Positions 52,057 through 64,000 of a stretch of 64,000 bases of DNA are shown piece after piece. This DNA is from Mobula hypostoma (lineage: Eukaryota): contig NC_086097.1 in the NCBI RefSeq assembly GCF_963921235.1, positions 256,186,001 to 256,250,000 of the forward strand, written 5' to 3'. Each line of letters starts with the position of its first letter. The first letter of the stretch is position 1. The position numbers and the translations under genes were made by a program. The notes beneath the pieces were generated by a model. The model was not told where the DNA came from, did no database searches, and saw only the letters and a program-made list of their open reading frames with translations.

Positions 52057-52447
52057 CAATTTGCCTTGCACTTTTTCCTTTCTAATAGTAATAGCACCCG
52101 CTCCTGCTCCCTGACATTCACAGACTTCTGGCACACTGTTAGTGTCTTCCACAATGAAGACCGATGCAAATTTCACATCACATTTCATGTCACATGCCGG
52201 TGATAATAAACCTGATTCATAAGTATCCATGAAGTTCATCTGCCATGTCTTTGTCCCCCGTTACTACCTCACCAGCATCAGTTTCCAGAGGTCCAATATC
52301 AATTCTCACTTCCCTATTACTTTTTATATAACTGGAAAAAACTTTTGGTATCCTGCTTTATATCATTGGCAACTTTCACCCTCACACATCATCTTTTCTC
52401 TTCATATTGCTTTTTTAAGAATCAGAATAAGGTTAATTATCACCGGT

Positions 52448-55400
52448 AGAGAAACATAGAAAACCTACAGCACAATAAAGGCCCTTTGGCTCACAATGTT
52501 GTCCCGAACATGTACTTACTTTAGAAATTACCTAGGGTTACCCATAGCCCTCTATTTCACTGAGCTCCATGTACCTATCCAGGAGCCTCTTAAAAGACCT
52601 TATTCTATCCGCCTCCACCACAGTCACTGGCAGCCCATTCCACGCACTCACTACTCTCTGTGTAAAAATCTTATCCCGACATCTCCTCTGTACCTGCTTC
52701 CCAGCACCTTAAAACCATAGAAACCATAGAAACTACAGAACAGAAACAGGCCTTTTGGCCCTTCTTGGTTGTGTCGAACCATTTTCTGCCTAGTCCCACT
52801 GACCTGCACACGGACCATATCCCTCCATACACCTCCCATCCATGTATCTGTCCAATTTATTCTTAAATGTTAAAAAAGAACCCGCATTTACCACCTCGTC
52901 TGGCAGCTCAGTCCATACTCCCACCACTCTCTGTGTGAAGAAGTCCCCTCCTAATGTTCCCTTTAAACTTTTCCCCCCTCACCCTTAACCCATGTCCTCT
53001 GGTTTTTTTCTCCCCTTGCCTCAGTGGAAAAAGCCTGCTTGCATTCACTCTATCTATACCCATCATAAAACGGTGCCCTCTCGTGATAGCCACTTCAGCC
53101 CTGGGAAAAAGCCTCTGACTATCCACATGATCAATGCTTCTCATCATCTTATACACCTCTATCAGGTCACCTCTCATCCTCCGTCGCTCCAAGGAGAAAA
53201 GGCCAAGTTCACTCAACCTATTCTCGTAAGGCATGCTCCCCAATCCAGGCAACATCCTTGTAAATCTCCTCTGCACCCTTTCTACAGTTTCCACATCCTT
53301 CCTGTAGTGAGGCAACCAGAACTGAGCACAGTACTCCACATGGGGTCTGACCAGGGTTCTATACAGCTGTAACCCCTCGATTCTTGAACTCAATCCCACA
53401 AATGATGAAGGCCGATGCACCGTATGCCTTCTTAACCACAGAGTCAACCTGCACAGCAGCTTTGAGTGTCCTGTGGACTCGGACCCCAAGATCTCTCTGA
53501 TCTTCCATGCTTGCTAGAATCTTACCATTAATACTATACACTGCCATCATATTTAACCTACCAAAATGAACCACCTCACACTTATCTGGGTTGAACTCCA
53601 TATGCCACTTCTCAGCTCAGTTTTGCATCCAATCGATGTCCTGCTGTAACCCCTGACAACCCTCCACACTATCCACAACAGACCCAACGTTTGTGTCATC
53701 AGCAAATTTACTAATCCCTCCACTTCCTCATCCAGGTCATTTTCAGCGACACAAGTTTGCAAAGGAACATCTAAACAAGTCTGATGTATTTTGGAAACAA
53801 GTCCTGTGGACTGATGAAGTTAAAACAGAACTTTTTGGCCACAATGAGCAAAGGTATGTTTGGAGAAAAAAGGGTGCAGAATTTCATGAAAAGAACACCT
53901 CTCCAACTGTTAAGCATGGGTGTGGATCGATCATGCTTTGGGGCTTGTGTTGAAGCCAGTTGCACAGGGAACATTTCACTGGTAGAGGGAAGAATGAATT
54001 CAATTAAATACCAGCAAATTCTCGAAGCAAACATCACACCATCTGTAAAAAAGCTGATGATGAAAAGAGAATGGCTTCTGCAACAGGATAATGATCCTAA
54101 ACACACCTCAAAATCCACAATGGACTACCTCGAGGTGCAAGCTGAAGGTTTTGCCATGGCCCTCACAGTCCCCTGACCTAAACATCATCGAAAATCTGTG
54201 GATAGACCTCAAGAGTGCAGTGCATGCAAGACGGCCCAAGAATCTCACAGAACTAGAAGCCTTCTGCAAGGAAGGATGAGTGAAAATCCTCCAAACAACA
54301 CTGGCTATAGAAAGCATTTACAAGCTATGATACTTGCCAAAGAGGGTGTTACTAAATACTGACCATGCAGGGTGCCCAAACTTTTGCTTCGGGCCCTTTT
54401 CCTTTTTTGTTATTATGAAACTGTAAAAGATGGAAATAAAAAAGTATTCTTGCTTAAAATATTAAAGAAATGTCATCTTTAACTTCATGCCTTTTGGAAA
54501 TCACGTCATCTTTTACTCATTTAGCTAGTCAGAGTAACAAAAATTTTGACCAGGGATGCCCAAACTTTTGCATGCCTCTGTATAAAAATCACGAAAAGAA
54601 GAGGTCCCAGAACAAATCCCTGAGGCACACCACTGGTAAAAGACCTCCATGCAGAATATGACCCATCTACAACCACTCTTTGCCTTCTGTGGGCAAGCCA
54701 ATTCTGAATCTACAAAGCAAAGTCCCCTTGGATCCTTTGCTTCCTTATTTTCTAAATAAGCCTTGCTTATCAAATGCCTTGCTGAAATCCATATACACTA
54801 CATCTACTGCTCTACCTTCATCAATGAGATTAGTCGCATTCTCAAAAAATTCAATCAGGCTCGTAAGGCATGACCTGCCTTTGACAAAGCTATGCTGACT
54901 ATTCTTAAATATATTATGCCTCTCCAAATGTTCATAAATCCTGCCTCTCAGGATCTTCTCCATCAACTTACCAACCACTGAGGTATGACTCACTGGTCTA
55001 TAATTTCCTGTGCTATCTCTACTCCCTTTCTTGAATAAGGGAACAATAACTACAACCCTCCAATCCTCCGGAACCTCTCCCGTCCCCATTGATGAGGCTA
55101 AGATGGCCAGAGGCTCAGCAATCTCATCACTCACCTCCCACAGTAGCCTGGGGCGCATCTCATCCAGTCCCAGGGACTTACCTAACTTGATGCTTTCCAA
55201 AAGCTCTAGCATATTCTCTTTCTTAATGTATATATGCCGAAGCTTTTCAGTCCACTGTAAGTCATCCCTACAACCTCCAAGGTCCTCTTCCGTAGTGACT
55301 ATTGAAGCAAAGTATTCATTAAGTACCTCTGCTATCTCCTCCGGTTCCATACACACTTTTCCACTGTCACACTTGATTGGTCCTATTCTCTCACATCTGA

Positions 55401-55648
55401 ACCTCATGCTCTTCACATACTTGTAGAATGCCTTGGGGTTTTCCTTAATCCTGCTCACCAAGGCCTTCTCATGGCCCCTTCTAGCTCTCCTAGTTTCATT
55501 CTTAAGTTTCTTCCTGCTAGCCTTATAATTTTCTGCATCCCCATCATCACCTAGTTTTTTTGAACCTTTTCTTCTTGACTAAATAATTAACAGCCTTTCT
55601 ACATCATGGTTCCTACACCTTACCATCCTTTTCCTGTCTCATTGGAAC
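52448..55648 (-). mobile_element. Decayed CR1 ORF2 with a nested CR1 tail (52714-53066) and a Tc1 fragment
   Basis: ORFs 52908-53489, 53359-53601 and 54745-55461 carry CR1 RT motifs. Confidence 0.8.
53742..54580 (+). mobile_element. Tc1/mariner transposon, 5'-deleted: DD34E catalytic region + right IR/DR
   Basis: [23 protein letters not shown] and [15 protein letters not shown] (frameshifted). Direct repeats GTGCCCAAACTTTTGC near 54372 and ATGCCCAAACTTTTGC near 54556. Ends ...CTG followed by TA. Confidence 0.88.
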
Positions 55649-55651
55649 ATA

Positions 55652-55825
55652 CAGTTGAAGTCAGAAGTTTACATACACTTAGGTTGAAGTTATTAAAACT
55701 CATTATTTAACTACTCCACAGATTTCATATGAGCAAACTATAGTTTTGGCAAGACACAAGTAATTTTTGCAACAATTGTTTACAGACAGATTATTTCACT
55801 TTTAATTGACTATATCACAATTCCA
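55652..55825 (+). mobile_element. Tc1 left IR/DR fragment resembling the Sleeping Beauty/salmonid-type terminus
   Basis: TA|CAGTTGAAGTCAGAAGTTTACATACACTTAGG...ACAATTGTTTACAGACAGATTATTTCACTT...ATCACAATTCCA. Confidence 0.8.
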
Positions 55826-56420
55826 CTTGAATGCGTGGCTGAGGAGTTGGTGCAGGGAGCAGGGTTTCAGATTTTTGGATCATTGGGATCTCTTCTGGGG
55901 TAGGTGGGACCTGTACAGATTGGATGGGTTGCACCTGAACTCGAGGGGGAGCAATATTCTAGCAGGTAGGTTTGCTAGCATGGTTCGGGAGGGTTTAAAC
56001 TAATTTGCAAGGGGGATGGGACCCGGAGCGATAAAGCAGTGAAAGAAGTGCATGGAGTAAAGACAGGTCTAACATATAGAGATACTTTGAGAAAAGAGAA
56101 GCAGAATAAAGGGTGTAAAGGTAGTAAGGTAGAAGGGCTAAAGTGTGTGTACTTCAATGCAAGAAGCATCAGGAACAAAGGTGATGAACTGAGAGCTTGG
56201 ATACATACATGGAATTATGATGTAGTGGCCATTACAGAGACTTGGCTGGCACCAGGGCAGGAATGGAATCTCAATATTCCTGGATTTCAGTGCTTTAAAA
56301 GGGATAGAGAGGTGGGGGGAAGGGGAGGAGGGGTGGCATTACTGGTCAGGGATACTACTACAGCTACAGAAAGGGTGGGTAATGTAGCAGGATCCTCTTT
56401 TGAGTCAGTATGGGTGGAAG

Positions 56421-58363
56421 CCAAAAATTAGTGGGAAGAGAGAGGATTGGGAAGTTTTTAAAACCTTACAAAAGGAAACCAAGAAGGTCATTAAGAGAGA
56501 AAAGATTAACTATGAAAGGAAGCTAGCAAATAATATCAAAGAGGATACTAAAAGCTTCTTCAAGTATATGAAGAGTAAAAGACAGGTGAGAGTAGATATA
56601 GGACCGATAGAAAATGACGCTGGAGATGAGGAGATGGCAGAGGAACTGAACAAGTATTTTGCATCAGTCTTCACTGAGGAAGACAGCAGTGTACCGGACA
56701 CTCAAGGGTGGCAGGGAAGAGAAGTGTGCGCAGTCACAATTACGACAGAGAAAGTACTCAGGAAGCGGAATAGGCTAAAGGTAGATAAATCTCCTGGACC
56801 AGATGGAATGCACCCTCGTGTTCTGAAGGAAGTAGCTGTGGAGATTGCGGAGGCATTAACGATGATCTTTCAAAAGTCGATAGATTCTGGCATGGTTCCG
56901 GAGGACTGGAAGATTGCAAATGTCACTCCGCTATTTAAGAAGGGGGCAAGGAAGCAAAAAGGAAATTATAGACCTGTTAGCTTGACATCCGTGGTTGGGA
57001 AGTTGTTGGAGTCGATTGTCAAGGATGAGGTTACAGAGTACCTGGAGGCATATGACAAGATAGGCAGAACTCAGCATGGATTCCTTAAAGGAAAATCCTG
57101 CCTGACAAACCTATTACAATTTTTTGAGGAAATTACCAGTAGGCTAGACAAGGGAGGTGCAGTGGATGTTGTATATTTGGATTTTCAGAAGGCCTTTGAC
57201 AAGGTGCTACACATGAGGCTACTTAACAAGATAAGAGCCCATGGAATTACGGGAAAGTTACATACGTGGATAGAGTGTTGGCTGATTGGCAGGAAACAGA
57301 GTGGGAATAAAGGGATTGTATTCTGGTTGGCTGCCGGTTACCAGTGGTGTTCCGCAGGGATCAGTGTTGGGGCCGCTTCTTTTTACATTGTACATCAACG
57401 ATTTAGATTATGGAATAGATGGCTTTGTGGCTAAGTTTGCTGACGATACGAAGATAGGTGGAGGGGCCGGTAGTGCTGAGGAAACAGAGAGTCTGCAGAG
57501 AGACTTGGATAGATTGGAAGAATGGGCAGAGAAGTGGCAAATGAAGTACAATGTTGGAAAGTGTATGGTTATGCACTTTGGTAGAAAAAATAAACGGGCA
57601 GACTATTATTTAAATGGGGAAAGAATTCAAAGTTCTGAGATGCAACGGGACTTGGGAGTCCTCATACAGGATACCCTTAAAGTTAACCTCCAGGTTGAGT
57701 CAGTAGTGAAGAAGGCGAATGCAATGTTGGCATTCATTTCTAGAGGAATAGAGTATAGGAGCAGGGATGTGATGTTGAGGCTCTATAAGGCGCTGGTGAG
57801 ACCTCACTTGGAGTACTATGGGCAGTTTTGGTCTCCTTATTTAAGAAAGGATGTGCTGACGTTGGAGAGGGTACAGTGAAGATTTACTAGAATGATTCCG
57901 GGAATGAGAGGGTTAACATATGAGGAACGTTTGTCCGCTCTTGGACTGTATTCCTTGGAGTTTAGAAGAATCAGGGGAGACCTCATAGAAACATTTCAAA
58001 TGTTAAAAGGCATGGACAGAGTGGATGTGGCAAAGTTGTCTCCCATGATGGAGGAGTCTAGTACGAGAGGGCATGACTTAAGGATTGAAGGGCGCCCTTT
58101 CAGAACAGAAATGCGAAGAAATTTTTTTAGTCAGAGGGTGGTGAATCTATGGAATTTGTTGCCACAGGCAGCTGTGGAGGCCAAGTCATTGGGTGTATTT
58201 AAGGCAGAGATTGATAGGTATCTGAGTAGCCAGGGCATCAAAGGTTATGGTGAGAAGGCAGGGGAGTGGGACTAAATAGGGGAAAATGGATCAGCTCATG
58301 ATAAAATGGCGGAGCAGACTCGATGGGCCGAATGGCCTACTTCTGCTCCTTTGTCTTATGGTC
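56421..58363 (+). mobile_element. 5'-truncated CR1 of another family nested in CR1
   Basis: ORFs 56400-57434, 57286-57879 and 57892-58275. Tail tgtcttatggtct; apparent 3 bp duplication AAG. Confidence 0.88.
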
Positions 58364-59017
58364 TAAGTCAGGAACAGGTAGGGAGCAGTTACTCTATTGG
58401 GGCTATTCAAAAGGTGCCCTGGTAGCAGCAGAGATACAGAGGAGCAGACTGGGAGGCAGATTTTGGAAAGGTGCAAAAATAACAGGGTTGTTATCATGGG
58501 TGACTTTAACTTCCCTAATATTGATTGGCACCTGATTAGTTCCAAGGGTTTAGTTGGGCAGAGTTTGTTAAGTGTGTCCAGGACAGATTCCTGTCACAAT
58601 ATGTGGACAGGCCAACTAGGGGGAATGCCATACCACATCTAGTACTAATAATGAACCGGGTCAGGTTACAGATCTCTCAGAGGGTGAGCATCTGGGGGAC
58701 AGTGACCACCACTCCCTGGCCTTTAGCATTATCATGGAAAAGGATAGAATCAGAGAGGACAGGAAAATTTTTAACTGGAGAAGGGCAAATTATGAGGCTA
58801 TAAGGCGAGAACTTGTGGGTGTGAATTGGGATGATGTTTTAGCAGGGAAATGTACTATGGACATGTGGTCGATGTTTAGAGATCTCTTGCAGGATGCTAG
58901 GGATAAATTTGTCCCAGTGAGAAAGATAAAGAATGGTAGGGCGAAGGAACCATGGGTGACAAGTGAGGTGGAAAATCTAGTCAGGTGGAAGAAGGCAGCA
59001 TACATGAGGTTTAGGAA

Positions 59018-61106
59018 CGCAAACACGAGGAATTCTGCAGATGCTGGAAATTTAAGTAACACACATCAAAGTTGCTGGTGAACGCAGCAGGCCAGGCAGC
59101 ATCTCTAGGAAGAGGTACAGTCAATGTTTCAGGCCGAGACCCTTCGTCAGGACTAACTGAAGGAAGAGCTAGTAAGAAATTTGAAAGTGGGAGGGGGAGA
59201 TCCAAAATGATAGGAGAAGACAGGTGGGGGAGGGATGAAGCCAAGAGCTGGACGGGTGATTGGCAAAAGGGATATGAGGGGATCATGGGACAGGAGGCCC
59301 AGGGAGAAGGAAAAGGGGGGGGGGAACCCAGAGGATGGGCAAGGGGTATAGTCAGAGGAAGAGAAAGGAGAGTGAGAGAAAGAATGTGTGTATATAAATA
59401 AATAACGGATGGGGTACGAGGGGGAGGTGGGGCATTAGTGGAAGTTAGAGAAGTCAATGTTCATGCCATCAGGTTGGAGGTTACCCAGACGGAATATAAG
59501 GTGTTGTTCCTCCAACCTGAGTGTGGCTTCATCTTTACAGTAGAGGAGGCCGTGGATAGACATGTCAGAATGGGAATGGGATGTAGAATTAAAACATGTG
59601 GCCACTGGGAAATCCCGCTTTCTCTGGCGGACAGAGTGTAGGTGTTCAGCAAAACGATCTCCCAGTCTGCATCGCATCTCACCAGTACATAGAAGGCCAC
59701 ATCGGGAGCACTGGACGCAGTATATCACCCCAGCCGACTCACTGGTGAAGTGTCGCCTCACCTGGAAGGACTGTCTGGGGCCCTGAATGGTGGTAAGGGA
59801 GGAAGTGTAAGGGCATGTGTAGCACTTGCTCCGCTTACAAGGATAAGTGCCAGGAGGGAGATCAGTGGGGAGGGATCGGAGGGACAAATGGACAAGGGAG
59901 TCGCGTAGGGAGCGATCCCCGCGGAAAGCATTGGGAGGAGAGGGAAAGATGTGCTTAGTGGTGGGATCCCGTTGGAGGTGGCAGAAGTTACAGAGAGTAA
60001 TATGTTAGACCCGGAGGCTGGTGGGGTGGTAGGTGAGGACCAGGGGAACCCTATTCCTAGTGGGGTGGCGGGAGGATGGAGTATAGAGCAGATGTGCGTG
60101 AAATGGGGGAGATGCGTTTGAGAGCAGAGTTGATGGTGGAGGAAGGGAAGCCCCTTTCTTTAAAAAAGGACATCACCCTCCTCCCTCCTCCAACGAGATC
60201 CCACCACTAAGCACATCTTTCCCTCCCCCCCGCCGCTTTCCGCAGGGATTGCTCCCTATGCGACTCCCTTGTCCATTCATCCCGCCCCCCATCCCTACCC
60301 GCTGATCTCCGTCCTGGCATTTATCCTTGTAAGCGGAACAAGTGCTACACATCCCCTTACACTTCCTCCCTTACCACCATTCAGGGCCCCAGACAGTCCT
60401 TCCAGGTGAGGTAACACTTCACCTGTGAGTCAGCTGGTGTGATATACTGTGTCCGGTGCTCCCGATGTGGCTTTCTATATATTGACGAGACCCGATGCGG
60501 TCTGGAAGATCGTTTTGCTGAACACCTACGCTCTGTCCGCCAGAGAAAGCAGGATCTCCCAGTGGCCACACATTTTAATTCCACATCCCATTCCCATTCT
60601 GAAATGTCTATCCACGGCCTCCTCTACTGTAAAGATGAAGCCACACTCAGGTTGGAGGAACAACACCTTATATTCCAACCTGATGGCATGAACATTGACT
60701 TCTCTAACTTCTGCTAATGCCGCACCTCCCCCTCGTACCCCATCCGTTATTCATATACACACATTCTTTCTCTCACTCTCCTTTCTCTCCCTCTGTCCCT
60801 CTGACTATACCCCTTGCCAATCCTCTGGGTTCTCCCCCGCCCTTTTCCTTCTCCCTGGGCCTCCTGTCCCATGATCCTCTCATATCCCTTTTGCTAATCA
60901 CCTGTCCAGCTCTTGGCTTCATCCCTCCCCCTCCTGCCTTCTCCTATCATTTTGGATCTCCCCCTTCCCCTCCCACTTTCAAATCTCTTACTAGTTCTTC
61001 CTTCAGTTAGTCCTGACAAAGGGTCTCGGCCTGAAACGTCGACTGTAACTCTTCCTAGAGATGCTGCCTGGCCTGCTGCATTCACCAGCAACTTTGATGT
61101 GTGTTG
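59018..61106. mobile_element. Second PLE head-to-head doublet, 15 bp TSD
   Basis: Left arm is minus (59018 to about 60186) and right arm is plus (about 60187-61106). GIY-YIG ORFs are 59435-59887(-) and 60439-60717(+). TSD CATGAGGTTTAGGAA (59003-59017) / CATGAGGTTTCGGAA (61107-61121). Both hammerheads carry point mutations. Confidence 0.93.
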
Positions 61107-63037
61107 CATGAGGTTTCGGAAGCAAGGATCAGATGGGTCTATTGAGGAATATAGTATAGCAAGAAAGGAGCTTAAGAAGGGGCTGAGAAGAGCAAGAAAG
61201 GGGGCATGAGAAGGCCTTGGCGAGTAGGGTAACGGAAAACCCGAAGGCGTTCTTCAATTATGTGAAGAAAAAAAGGATGACACGAGTGAAGGTAGGACCG
61301 ATTAGAGATAAAGGTGGGAAGATGTGCCTGGAGGCTGTGGAAGTGAGCGAGGTCCTCAATGAATACTTTTCTTCGGTATTCACCAATGAAAGGGAACTTG
61401 ATGAAGGTGAGGACAATATGAGTGAGGTTGATGTTCTGGAGCACGTTGATACTAAGGGAGAGGAGGTGTTGGAGTGGTTAAAATACATTAGGACAGATAA
61501 GTCCCCAGGGCCTGACGGAATATTCCCCAGGCTGCTCCATGAGGCAAGGGAAGAGATTGCTGAGCCTCTGGCTAGGATCTTTATGTCCTCGTTGTCCACG
61601 GGAATGGTATCGGAGGATTGGAGGGAGGCGAATGTTGTCCCCTTGTTCAAAAAAGGTAGTAGGGATAGTCCGGGTAATTATAGACCAGTGAGCCTTACGT
61701 CTGTGGTGGGAAAGCTGTTGGAAAAGATTCTTAGAGATAGGATCCCTGAGCATTTAGAGAATCCTGGTCTGATCAGGGACAGTCAGCATGGCTTTGTGAA
61801 GGGCAGATCGTGTCTAACAAGCCTGATAGAGTTCTTTGAGGAGGTGACCAGGCATATAGATGAGGGTAGTGCAGTGGATGTGATCTATATGGATTTTAGT
61901 AAGGCATTTGACAAGGTTCCACACGGTAGGCTTATTCAGAAAGTCAGAAGGCATGGGATCCAGGGAAGTTTGGCCAGGTGGATTCAGAATTGGCTTGCCT
62001 GCAGATGGCAGAGGGTCGTGGTGGAAGGAGTACATTCAGATTGGAGGATTGTGACTAGTGGTGTCCCACAAGGATCTGCTCTGGGACCTCTACTTTTTGT
62101 GATTTTTATTAATGACCTGGATGTAGGGGTAGAAGGGTGGGCTGGCAAGTTTGCATACGACACAAAGGTTGGTGGTGTTGTAGATAGTGTACAGGATTGT
62201 CGAAGATTGCAGAGAGACATTGATAGGATGCAGAAGTGGGCTGAAAAGTGGCAGATGGAGTTCAACCCGGAAAAGTGTGAGGTGGTACACTTTGGAAGGA
62301 CAAACCCCAAGGCAGAGTACAAAGTAAATGGCAGGATACTTGGTAGTGTGGAGGAGCAGCGGGATCTGGGGGTAAATGTCCACAGATCCCTGAAAGTTGC
62401 CTCACAGGTGGATAGGGTAGTTAAGAAAGCTTATGGGCTGATAGCTTTTATAAGTCCAGGGATAGAGTTTAAGAGTCACGATGTAATGATGCAAATCTAT
62501 AAAACTCTGATCAGGCCACACTTGGAGTACTGTGTCCAGTTCTGGTTACCTCACTATAGGAAGGATGTGGAAGCATTAGAAAGGGTACAGAAGAGATTTA
62601 CCAGGACACTGCCTGGTTTAGAGAGTATGGATTATGATCAGAGATTAAGGGAGCTAGGGCTTTACTCTTTGGAAAGGAGGATGAGAGGAGACATGATAGA
62701 GGTGTACAAGATAATAAGAGGAATAGATAGAGTGGATAGCCAGCGCCTCTTCCCCAGGGCACCACTGCTCAATACAAGAGGACATGGCTTTAAGGTTAGG
62801 GGTGGGAAGTTCAAGGGGGATATTAGAGGAAGGTTTTTTACTCAGAGAGTGGTTGGTGCGTGGAATGCACTGCCTGAGTCAGTGGTGGAGGCAGATACAC
62901 TAGTGAAGTTTAAGAGACTACTAGACAGGTATATGGAGGAATTTAAGTTGGGGGCTTACATGGGAGGCAGGGTTTGAGGGTCGGCACAACATTGCGTGCC
63001 GAAGGGCCTGTACTGTGCTGTACTATTCTATGTTCTA

Positions 63038-64000
63038 ACATTTGGAGAGGAATAATATGATTAGGAATAGTCGGCACGGCTTTGTCAAAGGCAGGTTGTG
63101 CCTTACGAGCCTGATATAATTTTTTGAGGATGTGACTAATCACATTGATGAAGGTAGAGCAGTAGATGTAGTGTATATGGATTTCGGCAAGGCTTTTGAT
63201 AAGGTACGCCATGCAAGGCTTATTGAGAAAGTAAGGAGGCATGAGATCCAAGGGGACATTGCTTTGTTGTTCCAGAATTGGCTTGCTCCCATAAGGTAGA
63301 GTGGTTGTAGACGGGTCATATTCTGCATGGAGGTCAGTGACCAGTTGTTTGCCTCAGCAATCTGTTCTTGGACCCCTACTCTTTGTGATTTTTGTAAATG
63401 ACCTGGATGAGGAAGTGGAGGGTGGGTTAGTAAATTTGCTGATGACACAAAGGTTGGGGGTGTTGTGGATATTGTGGAGGGCTGTCAGAGGTTACAGCAG
63501 GACATTGATAGGATGCAAAACTGGGCTGAGAAGTAGCAGATGGAGTTCAACCCAGATAAGTGTGAGGTGGTTCATTTTGGTAGGTCAAATATGATGGCAG
63601 AGTATAGTATTAATGGTAAGACTCTTGGCAGTGTGGAGCATCAGAGGGACCTTGGGGTCCGAGTCGATAGGACACTCAAAGCTGCTGTGCAGGTTGACTC
63701 TGTGGTTAAGAAGGCAAACGGTGTATTGGCCTTCATCAATCGTGGGATTGAGTTTAAGGGCTGAGAGGTAATGTTACAGCTATGTAGGACCCTGGTCAGA
63801 ACCCACTTGGAGTACTATGCTCAGTTCTGGTCGCCTCACTATAGGAAGGATGTGGAAACTATGGAAAGGGTGCAGAGGAGATTGCAAGGATGTTGCCTCG
63901 ATTGGGGAGCATGCCTTACAAGGATAGATTGACCTTGGCCTTTTCTCCTTGGAAAGATGGAAGATGAAAGGTGACCTGATAGAGGTGTACAAAATGATGA
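63038..64000 (+). mobile_element. Decayed CR1 RT fragment running off the window
   Basis: [35 protein letters not shown]. Confidence 0.82.

Larger units (their letters stand above)
55826..63037 (+). mobile_element. CR1 (end of ORF1 to tail) interrupted by another CR1 (56421-58363) and a PLE doublet (59018-61106)
   Basis: YFNARS/ITETW at about 56150, rejoining at gggtggaag|tcaggaac. 586 aa ORF 61217-62977 and tail ttctatgttct. Confidence 0.9.

Noticed and set aside
3336..61121. Sequence-specific target consensus for the PLE insertions
   Set aside because: The four TSDs share length but no convincing motif; insertion into LINEs is expected given their abundance here.
39700..64000. Flanking avl9 exons (…ETVQKSVCVLSKL upstream; VLILFKLILLEKK downstream of 9131)
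   Set aside because: I looked in the non-repeat islands by eye and found no match. They probably lie outside the window, but I may have missed them.
1..64000. CRISPR arrays, rRNA/tRNA genes, prokaryotic RT systems (retrons, DGRs)
   Set aside because: No repeat-spacer arrays or stand-alone RNA genes were seen. All RTs are eukaryotic non-LTR or PLE types in an intron-containing vertebrate locus.

Overview
Eukaryotic vertebrate genomic DNA, most likely a cartilaginous fish (inferred from the HE1/V-SINE-type and CR1 repeat content). The window lies inside the introns of a host gene on the minus strand. Three short coding exons missed by the ORF track (39684-39595, 36882-36816, 9171-9131) splice in frame to PLYGLLQAKLELITHAYFEEKDFSQISILK-ELYEHMNNSLGGNALEGSQAYL-SLSPRDLVLHFRHK, which I recognise as AVL9. 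Almost everything else is nested, mostly decayed transposable elements: many CR1 LINEs of several families (one full length), Rex/Babar, RTE and L1 LINE fragments, a V-SINE, a solo LTR, Tc1/mariner pieces (one very like the Sleeping Beauty left IR/DR) and hAT MITEs. The most striking structure is a set of Penelope-like (PLE; RT + GIY-YIG) insertions carrying minimal hammerhead ribozymes. Three are head-to-head inverted doublets (0.19, 2.1 and 2.9 kb) inside 14-15 bp target-site duplications. In each, one arm ends at or within about 6 nt of the full 3' terminus and the other about 40-50 nt short. Family names and protein identifications are from motif recognition only; no database search was run.
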